Positions 22,901-34,865 of a DNA stretch of 64,000 bases are shown in pieces (the stretch's first letter is position 1; every line of letters begins with the position of its first letter). This DNA comes from Paraspadella gotoi (Eukaryota > Animalia > Chaetognatha): the NCBI GenBank assembly GCA_051294375.1, contig CM119267.1:689601-753600 (forward strand), read 5' to 3'. A model generated the notes under the pieces. That model worked only from the letters and a program-made list of their open reading frames with translations, had not been told where the DNA came from and searched no databases. Made by a program: the position numbers and the translations under genes.

Positions 22901-25900
22901 CACGTTAATGAATAACTATCATTGTATCAATGAATGACGATCATCGCCTCAATGAATGACTATCATCGCATCCAACATTTGGTTGTCATCGCATCAATCA
23001 TTTGGTTTGTTGGACATAAACTCTCGTCGTGGTCCGTCGACCTTATTTACCTTTTGTAAAAGTCTTTAAAAATATAAACAATCGATATTTATTTATAAAC
23101 AATACAGTTCATTGTTATTTCAATGCTTTGATTAATCATGATTCTATTTCATACAGATCGCATTAATGTTAGTTGGCATCGTCGGGTTTTTTATATATAT
23201 ATATGGTTATTGGTTTATGCGTTTCATGTTATTTGAATAGTGGCTAGGCCGAGCTTACCTGAGAGATCATTGCTGTTTCTATCGTTAACCGATGCTTACC
23301 TTTTGCTTACCTCCAGTTCTTGATTTCTAAAGACTCATTAAATCCTACGATATAGATACTCTCAGAAGGGTGAGCGACCGACGGAAAACCCCGCTCATCA
23401 GGTTATCATCGCATCAATATTTGGTTATCATCGCGTCAATAATTGGTTATCATCGCATCAATAATCAATTCCTACTACATCAATAAATTTTTTTGAAAAC
23501 AAATGTTCAAAAAATTCATATGATATATGGGCACCTTTTATACAAACGTTTTTTGATTGAAAACTTTTCATATATGGAAAGGTCTACTCTTTATGTCTGC
23601 ATTAAAACTCTGACTTTGGTTGTGCAATGTTAGTAAGAAAAAGATATGTGAACTCAAAATGTTGTGAGGTTGTCCTCAATATTGCAAAAAATTTAAGTCC
23701 TTACTAAATCCTAGTCTTTGAAGAACCTCTGCCCTTGCCGCTTCGGCCATGAGAGAATGCTTCAATTGCCTATTAAAAAAAATCTTATTCTTTTTTCATA
23801 AAAAATATAAATAATGACACTTCTTCCCTTGATATCTTTGGCAAATCTTATTCTTCTCATTTAAAATTTTGATAGCAAATAGATATTACATTTTCAAAGT
23901 TAATTTAAAAATTTTTTTTCCAAAACACGGACCCAATCATTTTTTATAGGTTTTGAAAAAGGGACAATTTTCTTAATTTTTACAAATGTATGAGACTGTA
24001 AAACAAGAACAAGAAATCAAAATTTTAAAAACAAAAATAGATTTGGACATCAGCATGATGTCTGCTTTCAAACCCATTATAGTTTTTAAATATTTTAATT
24101 AGTTTTAAGACTATAATGTATTTTTATAATATTGGAAAAATATTTTTGGTATTTAAAATAATTTTTTAAAATTTTATTTTTTACTTATTAAAACTGCTCT
24201 TGTTCAATGTATCATTTTGTATAAAAAAGGAATCAATTACCTTGGATATTTTCAGAATACATTTGAATATTATTTTGACTAAATTAATTATTAAAACCAA
24301 AAAAATTAATTAATTCAAAAAATTTATTACATCATTATGTAGGTCTCGTCTAGGAGTATTTCAAAAAGCCTTGTTTTTTGGAATGAAATTCCCTATTATT
24401 TATTATTTTTCGGCCGATAGAAAAATAAAAATTTCGTCGATTACTGCTAATCCCTACCTACGATTCTATCAAAATTTTATTTCCAGCTTAATTGCGTACT
24501 TTCCTACCCACGCAAAATTTGAATTCAATTTATCTATCCAATTTTTAATAAATATAATAATTATAAGTAAATATAAATAAAAATACTTCAAGTAAATATG
24601 AATTTTCCTTTTTCGATTTCCATTTCCACCCGCACGACTTTTTACCTGATGAGAGACTAGTTAGTACCTACCTTTAGCTAGATACCCATCTTCCCAGGAA
24701 ACTTTATATCCAACCATCCAATCACGAGTAATTGGGGTTTAATGCTAAGGGGGGACGGACGGACGGACATGGTGTTTTTTTTTTCTTTTTCTTTTTTTGC
24801 TTAATTTATCATAATTCGAAGTTCTGATATGTTAATAATGATTTACCGACAAGATTTTGGGTGGGACCGACGGACCGACAAAGTGAATTATGGAGTCGGA
24901 ATCTGCTGATAAGCAGATCCGACTAAAAACTGATGAAGAGCAAAACTTGCTTTTGCAAATTGTAGTCAGGCATTGTAATATGTTCAGGACGATGTCACTC
25001 AGATCCTCGGGCGAAACTTGTGGACTGAAATCCACCAACCGTCAGACTTTTAATAAACAAACATAATAATTATTCTTTATTATTTAAATTTGTGACAGGT
25101 GATGTTTCGTTGGGCCCTTGAGTCAGTTTGCGCTGTAGTTTTCGATCGGCGTCTCGGTTGCATGGACCCAAATTTGCCAAAAGATGCCTGGCAGCAACAG
25201 TTCATCGATGCGGTCCACGGAGCCTTCGAGACAATCTTCAGTCTGACCTTAAATCCGAGACATAGAATGGCCAAGAGATTTGGGTATAAGACCGAGAAAT
25301 GGAGGCTCATGGACAAACATATGGGGTTAGTTTCATCGTTATTAAAAATTACTTTAAATCTATCCCACCGCTGCCACCACAATTTAGTAAGTGAACCAGT
25401 CTCTTCGGAGGCGTGGATTCGAATCCCACCGCTGCCACCACAATTTAGTAAGTGAACAAGGTGATTCGAGACGAAATCAAGTAGATTTTATTTCTTCAGA
25501 ATACAGACCATAAAACAAGACGGTGTCAATATTTTGGGCAGAGTAAATTAATACAGGTTTGGGTTTCTTTTATACAGGTTCATCGGATCGGAGGTAAGGG
25601 TAAAATTCACCGGCCCTTTGTTCATTGGCTGGCGCCATTTGTTCATTGGCCAATGAGAATGTTCCATTCTACTTCCGGCGGATTTTATTCGAGTCGCCGA
25701 TCCGATTTCGATTCTGGAGTCTTGATTCCTCTCCGATGCTATAATGATATTTATTTTTAAACAAAAATCTTTAAAAGTCTTCAGCGTTATCTTTAAAAAA
25801 TATTGATACATAAATAAATATTCAAATTTTGACTTGATATAAATAAAATATTTAAAAATTTTTTTCTAGTTACATCGATTCTGCGACCATAAATCTGATG

Positions 25901-28900
25901 CAAGAAACCAAGACTCGTCTTGAAGCAGATCCCGACGTAGAAGCCAATAGCAAACGGTTTCTCCCACAACTTTTTTCTGTAGAAGGATTGAGTTTACAGG
26001 TTGAATATTGTTTTTATTTAACAAATTATAAAACATTTAACATTTATATCTTAAATCCGTTTCAGGACAAGGCTTCTATAATTTATCTTATCGGTTAAAT
26101 CCGTTTCAGGACAAGGCTTCTATAATTTTCGACATGATGTTAGCTGCAATTGACACAACCACATATTCCATGTTCAGATTGCTTTTTTTGCTTGCGAAAC
26201 ATCCCGACAAGCAGGTTAGAGAAAGTCTTTTGGGCTCAGAATATTAACAGATAAAATTAATAAAATCGTGGATATAGAAAAAATATAAGTTAATATACTA
26301 ATGAAAACTTTAGGAAAAACTTGTCGCTGAACTCAATGCAGAAGTCGGATCTCCTGGTTCACTTATTACCCCAACTACTCTTTCAAAACTTCACTATATG
26401 AAAGTAATGTAGTTATTTTCTTTTCATACTTTGGCTGAAAAAATTATAATCTTATTCGACTGAAAGATGATCTAAAGATTGATTCACTAAATAAGCTATC
26501 TTGCCCCAGACTTAGGACTTGCTATTTTGTGTGTAAGCCTCTAACTGCAAGCTTTCAATCAAGACTGTCTGGCTTCAATGAAGTACAGTATGATTTTTCT
26601 CGTTTGTAACATTTCATAACAGTATATCTATAGATCTAGATCTAACTATCTATGCAACCGTAAACTCTGGAGAGTTTAGTAATAGTCGGTTTTGAAAGTC
26701 TCGGTTTGGCATATCGTATTATGTATAAAAAAAAATATTTTTAATAAGACTTCTTCAATAAGTGACTGATTATTAAGAGGAAGACAAATTTGATGATCAA
26801 AAAGTAGCTAAAATTTAAGAAATAAAAATAAGGTAAGGAAAGAATAGCTTTTTTCTCTTGTTTAAAATGAAATAAAATTAAAATAAAAGTTATTTAGATT
26901 TAAAATTTGACGCTTTTTCCTGTCATAACAAATTAGAAACCAAGTATAGGCGAGTTATATTTTGCATACTATACTTTTTTAAGATTAACTAAGTTTTATT
27001 AAAATTAATATATTCAGAAATGCCACACTGTGGGCTACGAAATGTGCCACAATTTAAGTTAACGAGAAAAATCATACATATAATATTTTCAAAAAATGTT
27101 TTCTCTGAGGGTATGTATCTAGGTTCTATCTTTGCTCTCGGCAGGTAAAAGATGTTAGTCGGGTGAGAATATATATTGGTATCAGGGAAACTAATATAAC
27201 AAGGTGATATNNNNNNNNNNNNNNNNNNNNNNNNNNNNNNNNNNNNNNNNNNNNNNNNNNNNNNNNNNNNNNNNNNNNNNNNNNNNNNNNNNNNNNNNNN
27301 NNNNNNNNNNNNNNNNNNNNNNNNNNNNNNNNNNNNNNNNNNNNNNNNNNNNNNNNNNNNNNNNNNNNNNNNNNNNNNNNNNNNNNNNNNNNNNNNNNNN
27401 NNNNNNNNNNNNNNNNNNNNNNNNNNNNNNNNNNNNNNNNNNNNNNNNNNNNNNNNNNNNNNNNNNNNNNNNNNNNNNNNNNNNNNNNNNNNNNNNNNNN
27501 NNNNNNNNNNNNNNNNNNNNNNNNNNNNNNNNNNNNNNNNNNNNNNNNNNNNNNNNNNNNNNNNNNNNNNNNNNNNNNNNNNNNNNNNNNNNNNNNNNNN
27601 NNNNNNNNNNNNNNNNNNNNNNNNNNNNNNNNNNNNNNNNNNNNNNNNNNNNNNNNNNNNNNNNNNNNNNNNNNNNNNNNGAAATTGATACAACCAATAT
27701 GATTCCAACTTACTAGAATAAGTCATAGGCCTTATAATATACCAAGACAATTCATATAAATAATTATTAAACTTACAATTCAGGCTTGCATCAGAGAATC
27801 ACAACGCATGAAGCCAATCGCTCCTCAGAATGGACGCGCTCTTCCAATCGATGTTGTCATTAAGGATATCACATCCCAAAGGGAACTCAGATCTGGTGGA
27901 ACACGAGTATAATTGTCCAGATTCATCCCTGAGTGATGGTTGAGAGAGAGAGAGAGAAAAAGATTGAGTGTTTTCTCTCTATTTCCAGATTCATCCCTNN
28001 NNNNNNNNNNNNNNNNNNNNNNNNNNNNNNNNNNNNNNNNNNNNNNNNNNNNNNNNNNNNNNNNNNNNNNNNNNNNNNNNNNNNNNNNNNNNNNNNNNNN
28101 NNNNNNNNNNNNNNNNNNNNNNNNNNNNNNNNNNNNNNNNNNNNNNNNNNNNNNNNNNNNNNNNNNNNNNNNNNNNNNNNNNNNNNNNNNNNNNNNNNNN
28201 NNNNNNNNNNNNNNNNNNNNNNNNNNNNNNNNNNNNNNNNNNNNNNNNNNNNNNNNNNNNNNNNNNNNNNNNNNNNNNNNNNNNNNNNNNNNNNNNNNNN
28301 NNNNNNNNNNNNNNNNNNNNNNNNNNNNNNNNNNNNNNNNNNNNNNNNNNNNNNNNNNNNNNNNNNNNNNNNNNNNNNNNNNNNNNNNCAGATTCATCCC
28401 TGAGCGATGATAGAGAGAGAGAGAAAAAAAGAGAGGGAGAGAGAGAAAGATTGAGTGTTTTCTCTCTATTTCCAGANNNNNNNNNNNNNNNNNNNNNNNN
28501 NNNNNNNNNNNNNNNNNNNNNNNNNNNNNNNNNNNNNNNNNNNNNNNNNNNNNNNNNNNNNNNNNNNNNNNNNNNNNNNNNNNNNNNNNNNNNNNNNNNN
28601 NNNNNNNNNNNNNNNNNNNNNNNNNNNNNNNNNNNNNNNNNNNNNNNNNNNNNNNNNNNNNNNNNNNNNNNNNNNNNNNNNNNNNNNNNNNNNNNNNNNN
28701 NNNNNNNNNNNNNNNNNNNNNNNNNNNNNNNNNNNNNNNNNNNNNNNNNNNNNNNNNNNNNNNNNNNNNNNNNNNNNNNNNNNNNNNNNNNNNNNNNNNN
28801 NNNNNNNNNNNACCAGATTCATCCCTGAGCGATGGTTGAGAGAGAGAGAGAAAAAAATAGAGAGAGAGAGAGAGAAATATTAAGTGTTTTCTCTCTATTT

Positions 28901-31900
28901 CCAGATTCATCCCTGAGCATTGGTTGAGAGAGAGAGAAAAAGTGAGAGATGGTTGAGAGAGAGAGAGAAAAAGAGAGAGAGGGAGAATGAGCGTTATCTC
29001 TCTATTTCCAGATTCATCCCTGAGCGATGATAGAGAGAGAGATAAAAAGAGAAAGAGAGTGATTGAGCGTTTTCTCTCTATTACCAGATTCATCCCTGAG
29101 CGATGGTTCAGAGAGAGAGAGAAAAAAATAGAGAGAGAGAGAGAAATATTAAGTGTTTTCTCTCTATTTCCAGATTCATCCCTGAGCATTGGTTGAGAGA
29201 GAGAGAAAAAGTGAGAGATGGTTGAGAGAGAGAGAGAAAAAGAGAGAGAGGGAGAATGAGCGTTATCTCTCTATTTCCAGATTCATCCCTGAGCGATGAT
29301 AGAGAGAGAGAGAAAAAGAGAAAGAGAGTGATTGAGCATTTTCTCTCTATTACCAGATTCATCCCTGGGCGATGGTTGAGAGAGAGAGAGAGAAAAAAAG
29401 AGAGAGAGAGAGAGAAAAATATTAAGTTTTTTCTCTCTATTTCCAGATTCATCCCTGAGTGATGGTTGAGAGAGAGAGAGAAAAAGATTGAGTTTTTTCT
29501 CTCTATTTCCAGATTCATCCCTGAGCGTTGGTTGTCTCTCTATTTTTCTCTCTCTCTCTCAACCATCGCTCAGGGATGCATCTGGTAATAGAGAGAAAAA
29601 CGCTCAATCCACTCTCTTTTCTTTCTCTCTCTCTATCATCGCTCAGGGATGAATCTGGAAATAGAGAGATAACGCTCACTTCTCCCTCTCTCTCTTTTCT
29701 CTCTCTCTCATCAACCATCTCTCACTTTTCTCCTCTTCTCGAACGCAAACGCTCAGGGAATGAATCTGGAAATAGAGAGATAAAAACTAAATCTTTCTCN
29801 NNNNNNNNNNNNNNNNNNNNNNNNNNNNNNNNNNNNNNNNNNNNNNNNNNNNNNNNNNNNNNNNNNNNNNNNNNNNNNNNNNNNNNNNNNNNNNNNNNNN
29901 NNNNNNNNNNNNNNNNNNNNNNNNNNNNNNNNNNNNNNNNNNNNNNNNNAACGCTCTCATTCTCCCCTCTCCTCTTTTTCTCTCTCTCTCTCAACATCTC
30001 TCACCTTTTCTCTCTCTCTGAGAGAGAGAGAAATATTAAGTGTTTTCTCTCTATTTCCATATTCATCCCTGAGCGTTGGTTGAGAGAGAGAGAAAAAGTG
30101 AGAGATGGTTGAGAGAGAGAGAGAAAAAGAGAGAGTGATTGAGCGTTTTCTCTCTATTTCCAGATTCATCCCTGAGCGTTGGTTGAGAGAACAAGGGAAG
30201 AGAGAGACGAGATTCAATCCATTTATGGTTTTACCTTTTGGGTTTGGACCTCGAATGTGCATCGGAAGAAGATTTGCAGAACAGGAACTTTACATTGGGA
30301 TCATTAAGGTTAGTAGAAGAGCAACGGAAACTGAAATCAAATCAATCATCATCGGATCAATCAATCAATCAGAGAGAGATAGAGAGAAACTTTTTTAACA
30401 AGTTTGAGCAAACAATGTCGGATCAATCAGTCAAACAATCAATCAACCAGAGAAATAGAGAGATCCTTTTAAAAATAAAATTAAATATATATGTCTTTTG
30501 GTTTTCTCATTTAATTCCATCAAAAATATATATTAAGCTGAATCACATACTATCCTATCCACACACAAAATTCCATTTCAATTTATCTACACAATTTTTA
30601 ATAAATATAATAATTATGAGTAAATAACGTAAAAAAATCTTAAAAGAATAGGATCGAGCCTCCCTTCAATGATAACCAAATATTGATGCGATGATAACCA
30701 AAGGATTGATGCGATGAATAACCAAATGATTGATGCGATGATAACTAAATATTAATGCGATTATAACCAATAATGATGCGGATGATACCAAATTATTGAT
30801 GCGATGATAGTCATTCATTGATTGTGATAATCATTCATTGATACGATGATAGTCATTCATTGATGCGACTGATAGTCATTCATGTGACGCAATGAATCAT
30901 TCCATCAAAATGAGAAATATCTAAATATTTAAATTTTTAACTTACTATGATCGCACAACTTTATCATAATTCATAATAATTTTTAATTTAAAAAAAAACG
31001 GTAAGTCCCAGCCAAACCTATAAAAGCGTAGTAGTTTTTTATATAAAAACAGCGTGACGCCGACGACAACGACGACGACGACGTTACAAAGAAGCTCACC
31101 CGAATCAATATCGAGCCTGAACCGGCTTGCGCGTAGGCTCGATAAAAAACATTCAGTAAAAGTGACTTGTTTTTTCCATTTAAACTCATTTCCACTCGCA
31201 CTCCAGTTCAATCACTTACTTTCCTACTCACACAGTATTTTATTACAATCTATGGTGGACTAAAATCCACCAACCGTTCATCAGCGGCCTTTTGTGCCGG
31301 AGGCAAGTCATTCGCCTCCCCTCCCAACCCAAAGGTCCGGGGTTCTTGCCCGGTGGCCGCCTAGCAGTTAAGAGGGACGGGGGACTGCTTATATTGAACG
31401 GTTCTGTCAGTAACACACAACAATAATTACTGTCTCTTCAAATCCATCTAATCACGAGCAGTTGGAGTTTAATTCTAAGGGTTGACGGACGGAGGGGCTG
31501 ACTGACAGACAGACAAATGGACGGATGGACATCATTTTTTTTGCTTAATTTATAATAATTCGATATCCTGATAAAAATGATTTACGGACAAGATTTTGGG
31601 GTTGGACCGACAGACCGACAGACCGTCAAAGAGTCGGAATCTGGGATAAGCTGATAAACTGAAATTTTCTATAGCAAAAAGAAAGGTAAAACGCAATGAT
31701 ACAAGTTTTTATTTAATTATATAAATAAAATCGTTGTTGTAACTCTTTTTTAAAACTTTGTTCTAAATCAAATCACAACGAAACAGAAAGGAAAAATACC
31801 ATAATATTTAATTTATTAAATATTGATTAGGCATTTTTAACGAATTCAGGTGTTTATTCATAATTTTTTTCATTAATTTACTGAATCACCCTGCACAAGA

Positions 31901-32483
31901 TATCTCTTATTTCTTTAAATATGCTCACTTTTCTTTAGGGATTACAAAATTCACGATGATCTTGCTTTTTAATTTAAACTTTTATTATAACCAATTATAT
32001 TATGATACTATAGTAAATAAAGTGTTTTGATGTCGGGGTCCTTGTTGAAAAAGTAACAAGAACGGTTATTCCTATGTCTGTCACGTCGCAGGGTTTGTCT
32101 TTCACTATATTTAGGGGTGATTATTTGACTTGTTTCTATGATTTATTTAAAAACAAAAGGTGGCGCTAGCAGTCCCTCAGATTCGAGGTTCAGCAAAATT
32201 AAAAAAATAGCAACGAATTTATTGAATTTGAATTTTAGTCATGTGATCGTATTTTCAGGTGACACGTGATTTCACAAGTACTCGCGGCGCATTTAAACAA
32301 TATATATTTATATTTAAACATTATATTTCATAATCATTTATTCATTTTTATTTCTTTTCCCAGATGGTTCACAGCTTTAAAATCGATTACGAAGGAGATA
32401 AACTTCCGCTAGTCGCCGCTGGCATCGACAAGCTGCCCATCATGTTGGATTTCATTTTTGAAAAAAGACAAATTAACAATTGA
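13922..32483 (+). CDS. Cytochrome P450, mitochondrial clan (CYP12/49/27/44-like); 10 recognisable exons
   Basis: Exons 13922-14205, 15613-15734, 15858-16108, 25099-25325, 25870-25999, 26110-26214, 26314-26403, 27784-~27915, 30164-30308 and 32364-32483, with GT-AG boundaries and consistent phases. Motifs: Arg/Ser-rich N-terminal transit-like peptide, MPGPRTVP, WWRFR (C helix), AAIDTT (I helix), ESQR (K helix), FIPERW, FGFGPRMCIG (heme). One apparent 1-nt frameshift near 27863, and ~15 aa are missing at the gap/satellite. Confidence 0.9.
14917..15545. mobile_element. Two short HINE-family copies (one +, one - 5' end) in CYP intron 1
   Basis: ttttagtccgatctgc at 14917, gcagatccgacattgtttgctcaaac at ~15377, and inverted gcagatccgactaaaa at ~15527-15545. 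Confidence 0.65.
18256..19136. mobile_element. Non-autonomous DNA transposon with TTAA TSD (Kolobok-like)
   Basis: ttaa|GGGGACCAAGTGA ... TCACTGGGTCCCC|ttaa (12/13 TIR, purine-purine termini). Confidence 0.75.
19945..24362. repeat. ~870-bp inverted repeat pair (19945-20810 and 23495-24362)
   Basis: aaatactccgagacgagacctacataatgatg ... ggtgcccatacatcatatgaatttttgaa recurs reverse-complemented ~2.7 kb downstream with high identity. Confidence 0.9.
25364..25738 (-). mobile_element. Solo-LTR-like element fused to a tRNA-Leu 3'-half copy, TSD CTAT
   Basis: Minus strand: CATC... CCAAT boxes, TATAAAA, AATAAA ...AAATTG, then TGGTGGCAGCGGTGGGATTCGAATCCACGCCTCCGAAGAGACTGG, then a second copy of the LTR end plus PBS. 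CTAT at 25360-25363 and 25739-25742. Confidence 0.7.
27916..30190 (+). repeat. Minisatellite built from the CYP splice acceptor plus the start of the PERW exon and (GA)n; includes an inverted block (~29533-30015)
   Basis: Unit ttttctctctatttccag|attcatccctgagcgatggttgagagagag. At least 14 forward and 3 inverted copies are visible; the last copy is the real exon (30164). Confidence 0.9.
30398..31655 (-). mobile_element. HINE-family copy with ~19-20-bp minisatellite (gatgcgatgataaccaaatatt)
   Basis: 3' end caagtttgagcaaacaatgtcggatc at 30398; (GACG/GACA)n at 31485-31530; 5' end gagtcggaatctgggataagc at ~31632-31652. Confidence 0.6.
31283..31361 (+). other. tRNA-derived (SINE-head-like) cloverleaf remnant
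   Basis: gcggcc...ggccgc acceptor-like stem, T-arm-like ccggg-gttcttg-cccgg, aacccaaaggtc variable-region-like motif. Not a canonical tRNA. Confidence 0.4.
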
Positions 32484-33342
32484 TTAAAGCTTTTTAAATA
32501 GTCGGGCAGATTAAAGATTAACATAGATATCTAGAGCACTACAGCACAAAAGCGGTTATGATTTTTACATGATTTTTACCTAAACAAATAATTAAAATTC
32601 AATGAATTGGGAAAATTATTTAATCTAATTCTAAATCATCTAATATTGTCATGCATTGTGAATTTTTAAACTGGTTGCCATTTAGATCAATCATGGAATT
32701 ATGAAACTAGATTTACATTCCAGTAAGATTATATTTTTTTTATTATTTCCTAACAACATCTTTTAATTTCATATGTAGAGTTTCCCATATGTTTAGTCAG
32801 ACCTATTAAACATTTCACCCTCCTACGAAATTCATAAATTCTCTAAATGTAGTGCACGCTCCTCCTGTCTCAAAAGATTCAAGTTTTTCGTCCTTTGAAA
32901 TAGTTGAAAAGGCTAAGTTATGTCGTCTAAGCCGTGCGTCCAGGGTTCAATTCCTTGCTTAAAAGTTACGTGTCCGTTATAAACTTGCCTATAACACTAT
33001 AACTATAACACATTAACAGGAGATTGATACAGAGGGTCGGCAGCCAATGAGCTAGTTGGTAAGATTCCTCACGGTCACTTTTTAAGGTAATCCTAATGTA
33101 CCCATTGGCCGATTTTTTTTTATAGATAACCTACTTATGTGTTTAAATTTTTTTTACTACATTGTGTGGCGGAGAGTTTAAAACAGGTAAAATGCTTTAT
33201 TTAACTTAAATAAATATTAGGCCGTGAGTGACGCTAGTGATTCCCACTATAGATATCTTATTTTTTATCTTCACTATTCACTAAGTCCGACTAAGCTAAG
33301 GCTAAGAAGAATCTTGGAGCCTCTACATTCTACAATCTCAAA

Positions 33343-33373
<31 letters not shown>

Positions 33374-34127
33374 AATCTCTCTCTCTCTTCCTTATCAAAA
33401 CCGGTTTTCCATCAGCTAAAAAGAACTTCAATAACAGTCACAGGCGTTTGGAATCGTTCTGTGTTTCAGATCTTTTTTGTTTAATTTCATTAAGTTTTTT
33501 CTTTATTAAACTTTAAAAATTCTATCTGAATCTGTTTTGAATACTACTTTAAGATGCAAATTATGATTGTTTAAGTCGCCTCACTCTCCTGTTTTAAAAT
33601 TGAAGTAAATGACCATCAAAAAATTATAGAGAATAAATTTTTCCGTCGGGATCGTAATGTTGATTCTTATAATTTGGTTACAATCAGGTAAAAAANNNNN
33701 NNNNNTATTATAATAAATTAAAATCACTAGCCGTTGGAATTGTAATAAGTTCTGTAATTAGTTCTCAGCTTTGAACCGTTTATGCAAAGGTACCGGAAGA
33801 AAGCCTAAAGGCGGATCCACAATTTCTGTCCCAGCTTGACATTAGTAGCTTCAGTACAACCAAATTGATTAGTTTTTAATCTCATTTAAAAGGTATTATC
33901 TTTGGATACTGCAAAAGTCTCTTTTCAGCCTTGCCATTTTCTTTTACTTTCAGATTTCAAGATCAAATCTAAAATAGTGATATTTATGGAGGCCTTAAAC
34001 CACCAAAGCCTGTCCAAAGTCCAGAAGGCAAAATAGCTTATTTATTGGATAATTTTTATATTTGTTGTACAATTTCATAGAAAGGAGAGTTTCCAATCAA
34101 CTTTTCCTCTTCCTCCTCTTCCTCCTG

Positions 34128-34580
34128 GCCAAATTATGCCAGTTGACAAAATAATGCCAGTTGACCAAATATGCCAGCTAATTAAATGTCAGTTGACCAA
34201 ATTATGCAAGTTGATCCAATTAGCATGTTGACCAAATTATGCAGTTGACCGAATTAAGCCAGTTGACCAAATTATGCCAGCTGACCAAATATGTCAGTTG
34301 ACCAAATTATGCCAGTTGAACAAATTATCGCAAGTTGATAAAATTATGCAAGTTGACCAAATTATGCAAATTTACCAAATTATGCAAAATGACCAAATTA
34401 TACAATTGGTTTTAGCGCAGCTACTGGTTCATTGATAGATCAATTGATTTATAGGTTTTTTTATAGATTTATTAAGATTTGTTATGATCTGTTCAGATCA
34501 CAAATTGAAAGTCAAAAAGAATTATTGTGATTTATAATCGGATTGGCTTATTATCGCTTAATTATTGTAGGCTGATCCGT
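34128..34580 (+). mobile_element. 3' part of a HINE-family element with 18-bp minisatellite
   Basis: gttgaccaaattatgcca array followed by the same 3' region as 12950-13140 (gcttaattattgtaggctgatccg). Confidence 0.65.
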
Positions 34581-34865
34581 TTATGTTGCATGAAATTATC
34601 TCTGCTTGCGTCTTTTATCATCGTTACCTTTATTTTTAATATTTAATTTTAAAATAGTCTTTGTTTTTGTTCAAAATAAAAACTTCCATGTACCAATTTA
34701 TCATAATTTCTGCAATATGAATGCATGGGCAAACAAAATTTTAATGAATATCAAAGATTCTTTGTAAACAAGGAAGGGTTATTCCAAGGTGTTGCGCCGC
34801 ATTACTTTCTTTTTTATTTATCATGTCATTTATTCCTTATAGTAGGGATCGGAGCACCACTCGAT

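Larger units (their letters stand above)
16742..24928 (-). mobile_element. HINE-family copy split by nested insertions in CYP intron 3
   Basis: 3' end caagtttgagtaaacaatgtcggatctgcc at 16742; reverse 18-bp arrays at 16961-17703; 5' end gcagatccgactaaaa at ~24914-24928. The interrupting block 17770-24458 is bounded by imperfect inverted ends ggtagggtattgca/tgctaatccctacc. Confidence 0.5.

Noticed and set aside
25396-25440. Functional tRNA-Leu gene (also 63836-63878, 8554-8619)
   Set aside because: Only the 3' half or an internally deleted copy is present, with encoded CCA. These are reverse-transcribed or primer-site sequences, not genes.
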